The notes beneath the pieces are model-generated. The model did not search any database. It was not told the DNA's origin and was given only the letters and a program-made list of their open reading frames with translations. This document shows, piece by piece, positions 20,317-29,880 of a stretch of 64,000 nucleotides of DNA (the first letter of the stretch is position 1; each line of letters opens with the position of its first letter). Position numbers and translations under genes: made by a program. The stretch is from assembly GCA_051532035.1 (NCBI GenBank), contig JAOPTW010000021.1, positions 24,811-88,810 on the forward strand. Reading direction: 5' to 3'. This stretch comes from Fibrobacterales bacterium (GTDB lineage: Bacteria > Fibrobacterota > Fibrobacteria > Fibrobacterales > JAOPTW01).

Positions 20317-22899
20317 ATGATTAGAATAATATTTGTATTGTTTTTAATAGCCTTAACCATGTGTACCGACAACTCAACCTCAGGCACTGCAGACACTACC
20401 TCAACAGGTATAGCCCTTGAAGGAAAGGTTCTTACACAAAACGGAAATGGCGCCCCAAATGTTCTTGCACGGGTGGCGAACTCTGATATAAGTGATCTTA
20501 CCAATGAGTCCGGGCATTACTCTATACATATAAACCCAGACTCACTTATGTCTATAGGTATTACCCTTGACTCTCTTTCTGATACGGTGCAAATCGTGCA
20601 TGAAAACACCGTTATTGAGTCAATAGAGCTAACCACATGGCAGGATACTCTTCCCGATGTTTACCTCACTCAACGAAGTGTTTCTGGTAATCTGCTTGGG
20701 AACACCTCCGCTATTATTAAGATTGAAGCTATTTTAAATAATCTAACAGACACAACAGAAACGCCAAAAGTGTTTGCCTTATGGTTTAACAATCAGGTAA
20801 ATAGCTATAACAATTTTATTTATTTTAAACAAGAACTTGTTCCAACTCAATACTCCATTTATGTACGAGTATATACCTCGGAGTTTATTGTATCTGGTAT
20901 AAGTCAGCAACTTATTTTTCCAAATACTGCTGGTGATATAGAACTTGCACCTTTTGATGTAAATAATGTGAAAAGTGACATTATCAAAATGAACAATGTG
21001 GTTGTTAGCATAAGTGATACTACACACTTATCTGCTACAATCACTGGCAACACAAGCCCTATTATTAAATATGAATGGGATATTGGTAATATGGGGAATT
21101 ATGTTGAGAGCTCTGGACCAGCTACAAATTTTGTTGCTCCTGATAGCACAAGATCTATTGTTTATATTCTGAAAGTAACTGATGCAGATGGAGGAGTGTT
21201 TCAAAACTCTTCTATTCTCACGGTAATTGAGGATGCACCAGAAGTTACTATTACGACAACAGATAGTATTGCAAGTATCAATGACTCACTACACTTTAAG
21301 GCCCAAGCTACTGATTTTTATGGAACTGTTATTAAATATGAGTGGGATTTTGAGAATACTGGAGTTTTTATAGAAGGGCCACTTGATGGGACTTTTGTTG
21401 GTATGTCTCCAAAATTTTTAACTGATTCATTGATTACTTTAGTTCGAATCACTGATGATGATGGGATAACTACGACTAACTTTATTGCTACGAAAGTAAT
21501 TGAAGATGCACCTGTTGTCTCTATATCTTCAAGAGATACCGTAGTAAGCATAAATGATACACTTCACTTTACAACAACTTCAAGTGATCTATTTGGAAGT
21601 ATTGCTAAATATGAATGGGATGTGGGAAATACTGGAGTTTTTACTGAAGGACCACTTGATGGGACTTTTAAAAGACCTACTTCGGACACAGCAAATAATT
21701 TTTTCTTTTCAACTCTTCGCGTTACTGACGACGATGGAATGGTTACTACTGCACAGATCAAATCACAAGTTTTACAAGACAATCCTTTGGCTGCTATTAC
21801 CCCAGCAAACCCTAATGTAGTTTCTTATCCCGTTGATAGTATTGTTTCACTTTTGGCTACATCATCAATAGATTCTTATGGAGAAATAATAACTTACGAG
21901 TGGAAAGCAGGCGATGGTGATTGGTTTACAGGAAGTGAGATACAAAACATACCCACTCCCCCAAATATTGATACTATTTTTATTGTCTCTCTTAGGGTTA
22001 CCGATGATGATGGGAATGTCTCACAAGCCTCTCAAAAAATTAATTTGTATGGTGGAACATTTCTGGACCTCCGTAATGGACATGAATATAAAGTTGTTAC
22101 AATAAACGACTGGATATGGTTCGCTGAAGATTTATTTACGATTCAAGGATCTGATACTATAAAAGAATTCATCAATCCACTTGGAGGATTCGATGATAAC
22201 TTTTTCCATTCTGTTTGTCCAGAAGGATTTGATATAATAAATAGAACTATTACCGAAAATATTAATACCTGGATATATGACAGGTATCCAACAAAACACC
22301 ATACCGAACTTACTAATTATTTATTTAATGACCACACTAATCCACTTCACTTATCACTAGAAACTGGTACTGCTTACCTTGGTGGTAGGAGCACATATTC
22401 CGGAGGTACTTATTCAAAAGATTTCCCTTTAAGCATTTGGGGTAGTCTAGGAGCTCATAGCGCTGGAGGGAAGCCTGTATTGATCCGTTGTGCAACACAA
22501 GAACGCTTAAGTTATACCAAAAGTAAACAACCAGGATTAACCATTAAGATAAATGACATTCAAACGTTGTTTAATTACACTGTCAATGTATCACCTAAGA
22601 CTTACACACAATACCCTGATGGGCCTCTTACCTATTATTGGGATATTGTGTATAGATCTAAGAACTGGGGGGATAGCTTAGGAGCAGAAAATCCTAATTA
22701 CAAACTTGGTCCAAACAATGGAACTTATACCATTATTACAGACTCTACTGATGGCAATCCCGCATCTTACCTATACATGCTTTATGTAAAGATTTTCAAT
22801 CATCTTGGAGATAGTGCCTTAGATAGTAGCACTGTTACAGCTTATGATTCTTTATTCGCAGATGTGTATGATATAGAAATATTTGGAAATCCACTATAA
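20317..22899 (+). CDS. Array lipoprotein 3: conserved N-terminal stalk, four PKD-like modules, FISUMP-like domain, type-B C-terminal domain
   Basis: LTMC-TDNSTSGTADTTSTGIALEGKVL; four YEW...TD(A/D)DG modules; DLRNGHEYKVVTIND, CPEGF, IRC. Confidence 0.8.
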   Translation: MIRIIFVLFLIALTMCTDNSTSGTADTTSTGIALEGKVLTQNGNGAPNVLARVANSDISDLTNESGHYSIHINPDSLMSIGITLDSLSDTVQIVHENTVIESIELTTWQDTLPDVYLTQRSVSGNLLGNTSAIIKIEAILNNLTDTTETPKVFALWFNNQVNSYNNFIYFKQELVPTQYSIYVRVYTSEFIVSGISQQLIFPNTAGDIELAPFDVNNVKSDIIKMNNVVVSISDTTHLSATITGNTSPIIKYEWDIGNMGNYVESSGPATNFVAPDSTRSIVYILKVTDADGGVFQNSSILTVIEDAPEVTITTTDSIASINDSLHFKAQATDFYGTVIKYEWDFENTGVFIEGPLDGTFVGMSPKFLTDSLITLVRITDDDGITTTNFIATKVIEDAPVVSISSRDTVVSINDTLHFTTTSSDLFGSIAKYEWDVGNTGVFTEGPLDGTFKRPTSDTANNFFFSTLRVTDDDGMVTTAQIKSQVLQDNPLAAITPANPNVVSYPVDSIVSLLATSSIDSYGEIITYEWKAGDGDWFTGSEIQNIPTPPNIDTIFIVSLRVTDDDGNVSQASQKINLYGGTFLDLRNGHEYKVVTINDWIWFAEDLFTIQGSDTIKEFINPLGGFDDNFFHSVCPEGFDIINRTITENINTWIYDRYPTKHHTELTNYLFNDHTNPLHLSLETGTAYLGGRSTYSGGTYSKDFPLSIWGSLGAHSAGGKPVLIRCATQERLSYTKSKQPGLTIKINDIQTLFNYTVNVSPKTYTQYPDGPLTYYWDIVYRSKNWGDSLGAENPNYKLGPNNGTYTIITDSTDGNPASYLYMLYVKIFNHLGDSALDSSTVTAYDSLFADVYDIEIFGNPL

Positions 22900-22916
22900 T
22901 TTTTTAAAGGTAAACT

Positions 22917-25163
22917 ATGAGCAGAATATTATTTTTTATTGTTGTAATGGTCTTAACCATGTGCACCGATAACTCAACATCAGGCACAGCAGACACAACA
23001 TCGACCGGCATTGCCCTTGAAGGAAAAGTCCTCACACAAAACGGTGTTGGGGTTTCAAATGTTATGGCAAAAATAGCCAACTCTAATTTTAATGATTTAA
23101 CTGATGAGTCTGGAAGCTATTCCATAACAGTGAGTCCAGACTCCCTCGTTACAGCAGGTGTAGATATTAACACACTATCTGACACAGTGCAGATTATACA
23201 TGAAAATAGTCTGGTTAAATCTTTAAACATAATTGACTGGCAGGATACTTTACCCGATGTATTTTTGGTTCAAAGAAGCATCTCTGGTACTTTACTTGGT
23301 GATGTTTCATCTATAGTTCGAATAGAAGCTGTTCTTCATAATCTTACCGATACCACAACCGCCCCTCAAATATCCAATCTATGGTTTAACCCATTAGTTA
23401 GTAGTTACAATAGTTTCATCTATTTTAAAAATGAGCCTGTTGCCACACAATATTCGATTTACATTAGAGTTTACACATCTGAAAATATTGTATCAGGAAT
23501 GAGTCCCCTTTTAACATTTCCAAGCTCTGCAGGTGACATTCAAATTTCTCCATTTGATGTGAACAATGTAAACAGTGACATTATCACCCTGAACAATGTC
23601 GTTGTCAGTCTAAGTGACACTGCACACTTATCTGCTACAATTACTGACAACACAAGCCCTATCATTAAATATGAGTGGGATATTGGTAATATGGGTAATT
23701 ATGTTGAGAGCCCTGGACCAGCTACAACCTTTGTTGCGCCTGATAGTACAAGATCTATAGTATATATTCTAAAAGTGACCGATGCAGATGGGGGAGTGTT
23801 TCAAAACTCATCTATACTCACGGTAATTGAGGATGCACCACAAGTTACTATTACGACAATAGACAGTATTGCGAGTATCAATGACTCGCTACACTTTGCA
23901 GCACACTCTACTGATTTTTATGGTGATGTAGTCAAGTATGAGTGGGATGTAGGGAATACCGGCGTTTTTATTGACGGCCCACTTGATGGGACGTTTGTTG
24001 GAATGTCTCCTAGTTTTATTACTGATTCATTAATTACTTTAGTCCGAATTACTGATGATGATGGAATAGTTACGACTAATTTTCTTACTACGAAAGTAAT
24101 TGAAGATACACCCTTAGCTATTATTACTCCAACAACTACTTCATTTCCAATAAAAGACTCTGTTGAACTTGTAGGAACATTGTCTTCAGATAGCCTTGGT
24201 ACTATTGTTTCCTATGAATGGAAATTGGGTTACGGTGAATGGTTTAAGGGTAATGCCTTTCAAAGTATTTCAACACCTCAATCTATTGATACTATTTTTG
24301 TTGTTTCACTAAGAGTAACAGATGATGATGGAAATATGGCTCTAACTTCCATTAACCTCAATTTACATGGTGACACTATTACAGATATTAGGGATGGTCA
24401 ACGATATGCTATTGAAACAAAAGATAATTATATTTGGATGGCTGAAGATCTCAATCATTCTAGTTCAATCATTGGCGACTCACTAGGACTGAGTGCATTT
24501 TATACAAAATCCGATAATTTCTTTTATTTCAAATCTATTGCTCCTCAAAATGAATTCTGCCCCACAGGCTGGACCCTACCGGAACAAGCTAAATGGCGAA
24601 ATATTAGAGATCAATATAAGGATTTAAAGGGTAGTACTTTCTACTTTCCAATAAGATGTGTTACAAAAGCAAAATTAGTTCCATCAAATTCTGATCAACT
24701 ACCACCTGAACCAACTATTCTTATACGAACTAATATTGTATCAGATGGTAATTTTAACGGTGCACAATCTATTTATTATGTATTTGTACCATACTTAACA
24801 GACAACGCTTATGTTACTAGTATAACTTGGAGTTCCTATGTTGTTTCAGATCCAGATTTTTTTACTAATCTAATAGACACTACTGAAATTCACTCAAATA
24901 TCCCAGGTACTAGAATTTCTATAATCAATATACCTCAGAATTTACCAGAAAATAGTGATGCTGATTTAGCTCCCTATAGTCAACTCATGAAAGATTATAT
25001 AACCTATTTAACAATAAATATTACCGACAACTTAAACAGAAAATGGACTAAATCTGTAGAATATACACACTATTGCTGGTGGAGAGGGCCATCAGCATGT
25101 TATGACGAAAATGACTGGACTCAAGGTAAATACTATTACTTGTCAGAGTCGTTGCTCAACTAA
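22917..25163 (+). CDS. Array lipoprotein 4: conserved stalk, three PKD-like modules, FISUMP-like domain, type-A C-terminal domain
   Basis: Paralog of 20317/25181/27618 over about the first 490 aa; DIRDGQRY, CPTGW, PIRC. Confidence 0.8.
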   Translation: MSRILFFIVVMVLTMCTDNSTSGTADTTSTGIALEGKVLTQNGVGVSNVMAKIANSNFNDLTDESGSYSITVSPDSLVTAGVDINTLSDTVQIIHENSLVKSLNIIDWQDTLPDVFLVQRSISGTLLGDVSSIVRIEAVLHNLTDTTTAPQISNLWFNPLVSSYNSFIYFKNEPVATQYSIYIRVYTSENIVSGMSPLLTFPSSAGDIQISPFDVNNVNSDIITLNNVVVSLSDTAHLSATITDNTSPIIKYEWDIGNMGNYVESPGPATTFVAPDSTRSIVYILKVTDADGGVFQNSSILTVIEDAPQVTITTIDSIASINDSLHFAAHSTDFYGDVVKYEWDVGNTGVFIDGPLDGTFVGMSPSFITDSLITLVRITDDDGIVTTNFLTTKVIEDTPLAIITPTTTSFPIKDSVELVGTLSSDSLGTIVSYEWKLGYGEWFKGNAFQSISTPQSIDTIFVVSLRVTDDDGNMALTSINLNLHGDTITDIRDGQRYAIETKDNYIWMAEDLNHSSSIIGDSLGLSAFYTKSDNFFYFKSIAPQNEFCPTGWTLPEQAKWRNIRDQYKDLKGSTFYFPIRCVTKAKLVPSNSDQLPPEPTILIRTNIVSDGNFNGAQSIYYVFVPYLTDNAYVTSITWSSYVVSDPDFFTNLIDTTEIHSNIPGTRISIINIPQNLPENSDADLAPYSQLMKDYITYLTINITDNLNRKWTKSVEYTHYCWWRGPSACYDENDWTQGKYYYLSESLLN

Positions 25164-25180
25164 AACTTTAGGATATAACT

Positions 25181-27526
25181 TTGAAAATAGCCTTTTATAT
25201 TACTCTATTCTTGTTCTTAACCATGTGCACCGACAACTCAACTTCAGGCACCGCAGACACTACCTCAACCGGTATTGCCCTAGAAGGAAAAGTCCTCACA
25301 CAAAATGGTGTTGGGGTTTCAAATGTTATGGCAAAAATAGCCAACTCTAATTTTAGTGATTTAACTGATGAGTCCGGAAGGTATTCAATAACAGTGACTC
25401 CAGATTCTCTCGTTACAGCAGGTGTAGATATTAACTCTCTATCTGATAGTGTTCAAATTATAAACGAAAGTAATATTGTTAAATCATTAGAGATAACAAA
25501 CTGGCAAGATACTTTACCTGATGTCTTTTTGACTCAAAGAAGTATATCTGGAGAGCTATTGGGGGATGTTTCTTCTATTGTTAAAATTGAAGCAGTATTG
25601 CACAACCTTACAGACACTACTACTGCACCACAAATTTTCAACCTTTGGTTTAACCCACTTGTAAGCAGTTACAATAGTTTTATCTATTTCAAAAGTGAAT
25701 CGATTGCTACTCAATATTCTATTTATATCAGGGTATATACTGCCGAATTTTTTGTCTCAGCCATTAGCCCTCAATTAATATTTCCTAATAATGCTGGTGA
25801 CATTGTTATTTCCCCATTTGATGTGAATAACGTAGAAAGTGAAATCTTCAACATGAACAATGTAGTTGTTAGCATAAGTGATACTGCACATTTATCTGCT
25901 ACAATCACTGAAAACACAAGCCCTATCATTAAATACGAATGGGATATTGGTAATATGGGTAATTATGTTGAAAGCCCTGGACCAACAACAACCTTTGTTG
26001 CTCCTGATAGCACAAGATCCATTGTTTATATTCTAAAAATAACTGATGCAGATGGGGGAGTGTTTCAAAACTCATCTATTCTTACGGTAATTGAGGATGC
26101 ACCACAAGTTACTATTACGACAATAGACAGTATTACGAGTATCAATGACTCACTACATTTTAAGGCCCATGCTACTGACTATTATGGAACTGTTATTAAA
26201 TATGAATGGGATGTTGGGAATACTAGCGTTTTTGTTGAAGGACCACTTGATGGGACATTTATTGGTACGTCTCCAGATTTAATTACTGACTCCTTAGTTA
26301 CGTTAGTCCGAATTACTGATGATGATGGAATAACTACTACTAATCAAATCGTATCACAAATTATTCAAGACAATCCTATAGCTATTATTACCCCAACAAC
26401 TACTTCATTTCCAATTAAAGACTCTATCGAACTTGTAGGTGCATTATCTTCAGATAGCCTTGGTACTATTGTGTCCTATGAATGGAAAGAGGGTTATGGA
26501 GAGTGGTTTAAGGGGAATGCAATTCAAACAATTTCAACACCTCAATCTATTGATACTGTTTACGTTGTTTCATTAAGAGTCACTGATGATGATGGAAACA
26601 TTTCTGAAACCTCACAAAATATTGACCTAATAGGCGATACCTTTATTGATAATCGTGATGGTCAAAGTTATTCTATTGGGACAAGAGATAGTGTTATTTA
26701 TATGATTGATGCACTTAAGTTTTCAATAGACACTATTAATATTGGGGATACAAATGGAACTGCACTATATTATACGAACTATGATGGGACTCTCAGGGGT
26801 AACACATTTCGTAAGGGATATTTAGAAACTATTAGCTTTAAACCACAATATCTAGATTGGGAAAACAACAACCTTTGCCCTGAAAAATGGGAGTACCCAA
26901 GTGATGCTAAGTGGAAAAATCTGTATTATGACTCAAGTAAAAAAATATTGCCTACCTATTTTTCTATACATTGTGTCACAAAAAACAAAATTTCTCGAGA
27001 TAATATATCACTACCTGACAAAGCAACAATCACTGTTGTAACCAATGATGTTGAAGTTAAAAATTCAGACTCTAATAGTACTAGTTATTGGGTAAAAGTT
27101 CCATATCTCCCCAATAATGCTCAAGTACAAAGTGTCAAATGGGATGCCTTAGTTTTGTACATAAATGAACATGAAATTCAAGAACGCTTTGGCGATACGT
27201 TAATTGACACAGCGTCCTTCCAAAGAGATATTGAAGCTAACCATATATCAGTTATAAACATCCCCTCAAGTCCTACCATTAATGATGATAATATACAAAA
27301 GGCTGGAACGACCTCTGATTATCTTACAATACTTACAGTTAAAGTCACTGATAACCTTGGTTATACATGGAAAAAAACAGTACAAGAAAGATACTGGTGC
27401 TGGTGGTTTACTGATACCAATAGCGAAGACGGTTGGTCTTGCAATCCAGGAACTACTTTCTATGATGTTTTTGTTACTGATTTTTTAACTAAAGACCCGA
27501 GACTTAACATAGAATATGATTTATAA
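25181..27526 (+). CDS. Array lipoprotein 5: conserved stalk, three PKD-like modules, FISUMP-like domain, type-A C-terminal domain
   Basis: TTG start; same LTMC-TDNSTSG N-terminus; DNRDGQSY, CPEKW, SIHC. Confidence 0.8.
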   Translation: MKIAFYITLFLFLTMCTDNSTSGTADTTSTGIALEGKVLTQNGVGVSNVMAKIANSNFSDLTDESGRYSITVTPDSLVTAGVDINSLSDSVQIINESNIVKSLEITNWQDTLPDVFLTQRSISGELLGDVSSIVKIEAVLHNLTDTTTAPQIFNLWFNPLVSSYNSFIYFKSESIATQYSIYIRVYTAEFFVSAISPQLIFPNNAGDIVISPFDVNNVESEIFNMNNVVVSISDTAHLSATITENTSPIIKYEWDIGNMGNYVESPGPTTTFVAPDSTRSIVYILKITDADGGVFQNSSILTVIEDAPQVTITTIDSITSINDSLHFKAHATDYYGTVIKYEWDVGNTSVFVEGPLDGTFIGTSPDLITDSLVTLVRITDDDGITTTNQIVSQIIQDNPIAIITPTTTSFPIKDSIELVGALSSDSLGTIVSYEWKEGYGEWFKGNAIQTISTPQSIDTVYVVSLRVTDDDGNISETSQNIDLIGDTFIDNRDGQSYSIGTRDSVIYMIDALKFSIDTINIGDTNGTALYYTNYDGTLRGNTFRKGYLETISFKPQYLDWENNNLCPEKWEYPSDAKWKNLYYDSSKKILPTYFSIHCVTKNKISRDNISLPDKATITVVTNDVEVKNSDSNSTSYWVKVPYLPNNAQVQSVKWDALVLYINEHEIQERFGDTLIDTASFQRDIEANHISVINIPSSPTINDDNIQKAGTTSDYLTILTVKVTDNLGYTWKKTVQERYWCWWFTDTNSEDGWSCNPGTTFYDVFVTDFLTKDPRLNIEYDL

Positions 27527-27617
27527 ACTTGATGAGATATATAAATCATATGCATTTTGGTAATCAATCATACATTATTAGCGAACCACGGTAATATTAC
27601 ATTTACGCAGGAAAACT

Positions 27618-29819
27618 ATGAATAAAATATTTTTTGTATTAATTTTAACGTTCTTAACTATGTGTACTGACAATTCAACGTCAGGCACCGCAGACACAAC
27701 ATCTACCGGTATTGCCCTAGAAGGAAAAGTCCTCACCCAAAATGGTGTCGGGGTATCCAACGTAATGGCAAAAATAGCCAACTCTAATTTTAGTGATTTA
27801 ACTGATGAGTCTGGAAGCTATTCCATAACAGTGAGTCCAGACTCCCTCGTTACAGCAGGTGTAGATATTAACACACTATCTGACACAGTGCAAATTATAC
27901 ATGAAAACAGCTTGGTTAAATCTTTAGACATAGTTGACTGGCAGGATACTTTACCTGATGTGTTTTTGGTTCAAAGAAGCATCTCTGGCGATTTAATAGG
28001 TGATCTGTCATCTATTGTTAAAATCGAAGCCGTGTTGCGCAACCTCACTGACACAACAGCACCACCACAAGTATCAGCCCTTTGGATTAACACAAAAATA
28101 AGTAGTTACAATAGTTTTATATATTTCAAGCAAGAACCTGTACCAACTCAATACTCAATATACATTAGAGTCTACACTACAGAGTTTACCATTTCTGGAA
28201 TAAGTACAAATATCGAATTTCCAAGTAATGCTGGTGATATTGTTATTCCTCCATTTGATGTACATAATGTAAAAAGTGATATCATCAACATGAACAATGT
28301 TGTCGTTAGCATAAGTGATACCGCACACCTATCTGCTACAATCACTGGTAACACAAGCCCTATCATTAAATACGAATGGGATATTGGTAATATGGGTAAT
28401 TATGTTGAAAGCCCTGGACCAGCAACAACCTTTGTTGCGCCTGATAGTACAAGATCTATAGTATATATTCTAAAAGTGACCGATGCAGATGGGGGAGTGT
28501 TTCAAAACTCATCTATTCTCACTGTAATTGAAGATGCACCAGAAGTTACTATTACGACAACAGATAGTATTGCAAGTATCAATGACTCACTACATTTTAA
28601 GGCCCACGCCACTGACTTTTATGGAACTGTTATTAAATATGAGTGGGATGTTGGAAATACAGGCGTTTTTATTGAAGGTTCAATTGACGACACATTTGTA
28701 GGGGTCTCTCCAAATTTTTTAACTGATTCATTTAGCACTATTATACGAGTTACTGATGATGATGGAATAACTACGACTAATTTTATTAAAACCAAAGTCA
28801 TTGAGGATTTACCTATAGCAGTTATTACTCCAACAGCATCTTCATTCCCAATTAAAGACTCTGTCGAACTTATAGGTACATTGTCTTCAGATAGTCTTGG
28901 TACTATTGTTTCCTATGAATGGAAGGAAGGGTATGGAGAGTGGTTTATGGGAAAAGCCATTCAAACTATTTCAACACCTCAATCTATCGATACTATTTTT
29001 GTTGTTTCATTAAGAGTTACTGATGATGATGGAAATACAGCTCTAACTTCAATTAATCTGAATCTGCATGGTGACACTATTACAGATGTAAGAGATGGCC
29101 AGAGATACGCTATTGAAACTAAAGATGATTTTATTTGGATGGCTGAAGACTTAAAATATAGTGAAAGTTCATTTGTTCTTGGAGATACTCTAGGATCAGG
29201 CTTTACTTATAACTACAAATCTGGAGGTTTCTGGTACTATACCTCTCATCCTATAAAAGTAGAATATTGCCCAACTGATTTTTATTTAGCCCCTGGACAC
29301 CTCTGGGATTATCCATCAAGGCAACCTGACGCAGGGTGGCAAAATGATTACCCGAGTTATCATTCAGTTAGATGTGTTACCCAACAAAGAATTGTGAATC
29401 ATTCACCTACAGATTTACCTGATTCTGCTTCAATTTATGTGGTCACTAACGATTTCCATCGTATTGATTATTACCCTGAACATCGTAATCAGTTTGACCA
29501 TACTACTGAATATTGGGTCTATATTCCATACTTACCCAATGATGCCTTTATTCTAAAAATAGAATGGGACATTACTATAGATAGAGAAGCTTGGGGAATT
29601 TACCAAGTATACAACGTTATACATGAAGGCCCCTCAATTAAAATACCACATGTTCCTTCTGACCCACCTGGATTTGATTTATGTACTGGCTATTTGGATG
29701 TTGATTATACAACACATATTTCCATTAAAGTTTACGACACACAAAATAACATGTGGCATAAAAACATATCAAGATCTGCAAGCTTATATTCCAAATATGT
29801 TTGTCGCCCTACTAACTAA
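27618..29819 (+). CDS. Array lipoprotein 6: conserved stalk, three PKD-like modules, FISUMP-like domain, type-A C-terminal domain
   Basis: Same N-terminus; DVRDGQRY, CPTDF, SVRC. Confidence 0.8.
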   Translation: MNKIFFVLILTFLTMCTDNSTSGTADTTSTGIALEGKVLTQNGVGVSNVMAKIANSNFSDLTDESGSYSITVSPDSLVTAGVDINTLSDTVQIIHENSLVKSLDIVDWQDTLPDVFLVQRSISGDLIGDLSSIVKIEAVLRNLTDTTAPPQVSALWINTKISSYNSFIYFKQEPVPTQYSIYIRVYTTEFTISGISTNIEFPSNAGDIVIPPFDVHNVKSDIINMNNVVVSISDTAHLSATITGNTSPIIKYEWDIGNMGNYVESPGPATTFVAPDSTRSIVYILKVTDADGGVFQNSSILTVIEDAPEVTITTTDSIASINDSLHFKAHATDFYGTVIKYEWDVGNTGVFIEGSIDDTFVGVSPNFLTDSFSTIIRVTDDDGITTTNFIKTKVIEDLPIAVITPTASSFPIKDSVELIGTLSSDSLGTIVSYEWKEGYGEWFMGKAIQTISTPQSIDTIFVVSLRVTDDDGNTALTSINLNLHGDTITDVRDGQRYAIETKDDFIWMAEDLKYSESSFVLGDTLGSGFTYNYKSGGFWYYTSHPIKVEYCPTDFYLAPGHLWDYPSRQPDAGWQNDYPSYHSVRCVTQQRIVNHSPTDLPDSASIYVVTNDFHRIDYYPEHRNQFDHTTEYWVYIPYLPNDAFILKIEWDITIDREAWGIYQVYNVIHEGPSIKIPHVPSDPPGFDLCTGYLDVDYTTHISIKVYDTQNNMWHKNISRSASLYSKYVCRPTN

Positions 29820-29880
29820 ATCATTCAAATGGGTAAACTATAAAAATTATATTGATATTCGTCGAGAGGACAAATAAGAT

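Noticed and set aside
18004..29819. Diversity-generating retroelement acting on the FISUMP-like heads
   Set aside because: No reverse transcriptase or avd gene in the window and no template/variable repeat pair. The 106-bp repeat covers N-termini and its mismatches are not adenine-specific. A remote DGR cannot be excluded.
18004..29819. Polymorphic toxin or shufflon system
   Set aside because: No small immunity genes between members, no recognisable toxin motifs, no recombinase and no inverted cassettes.
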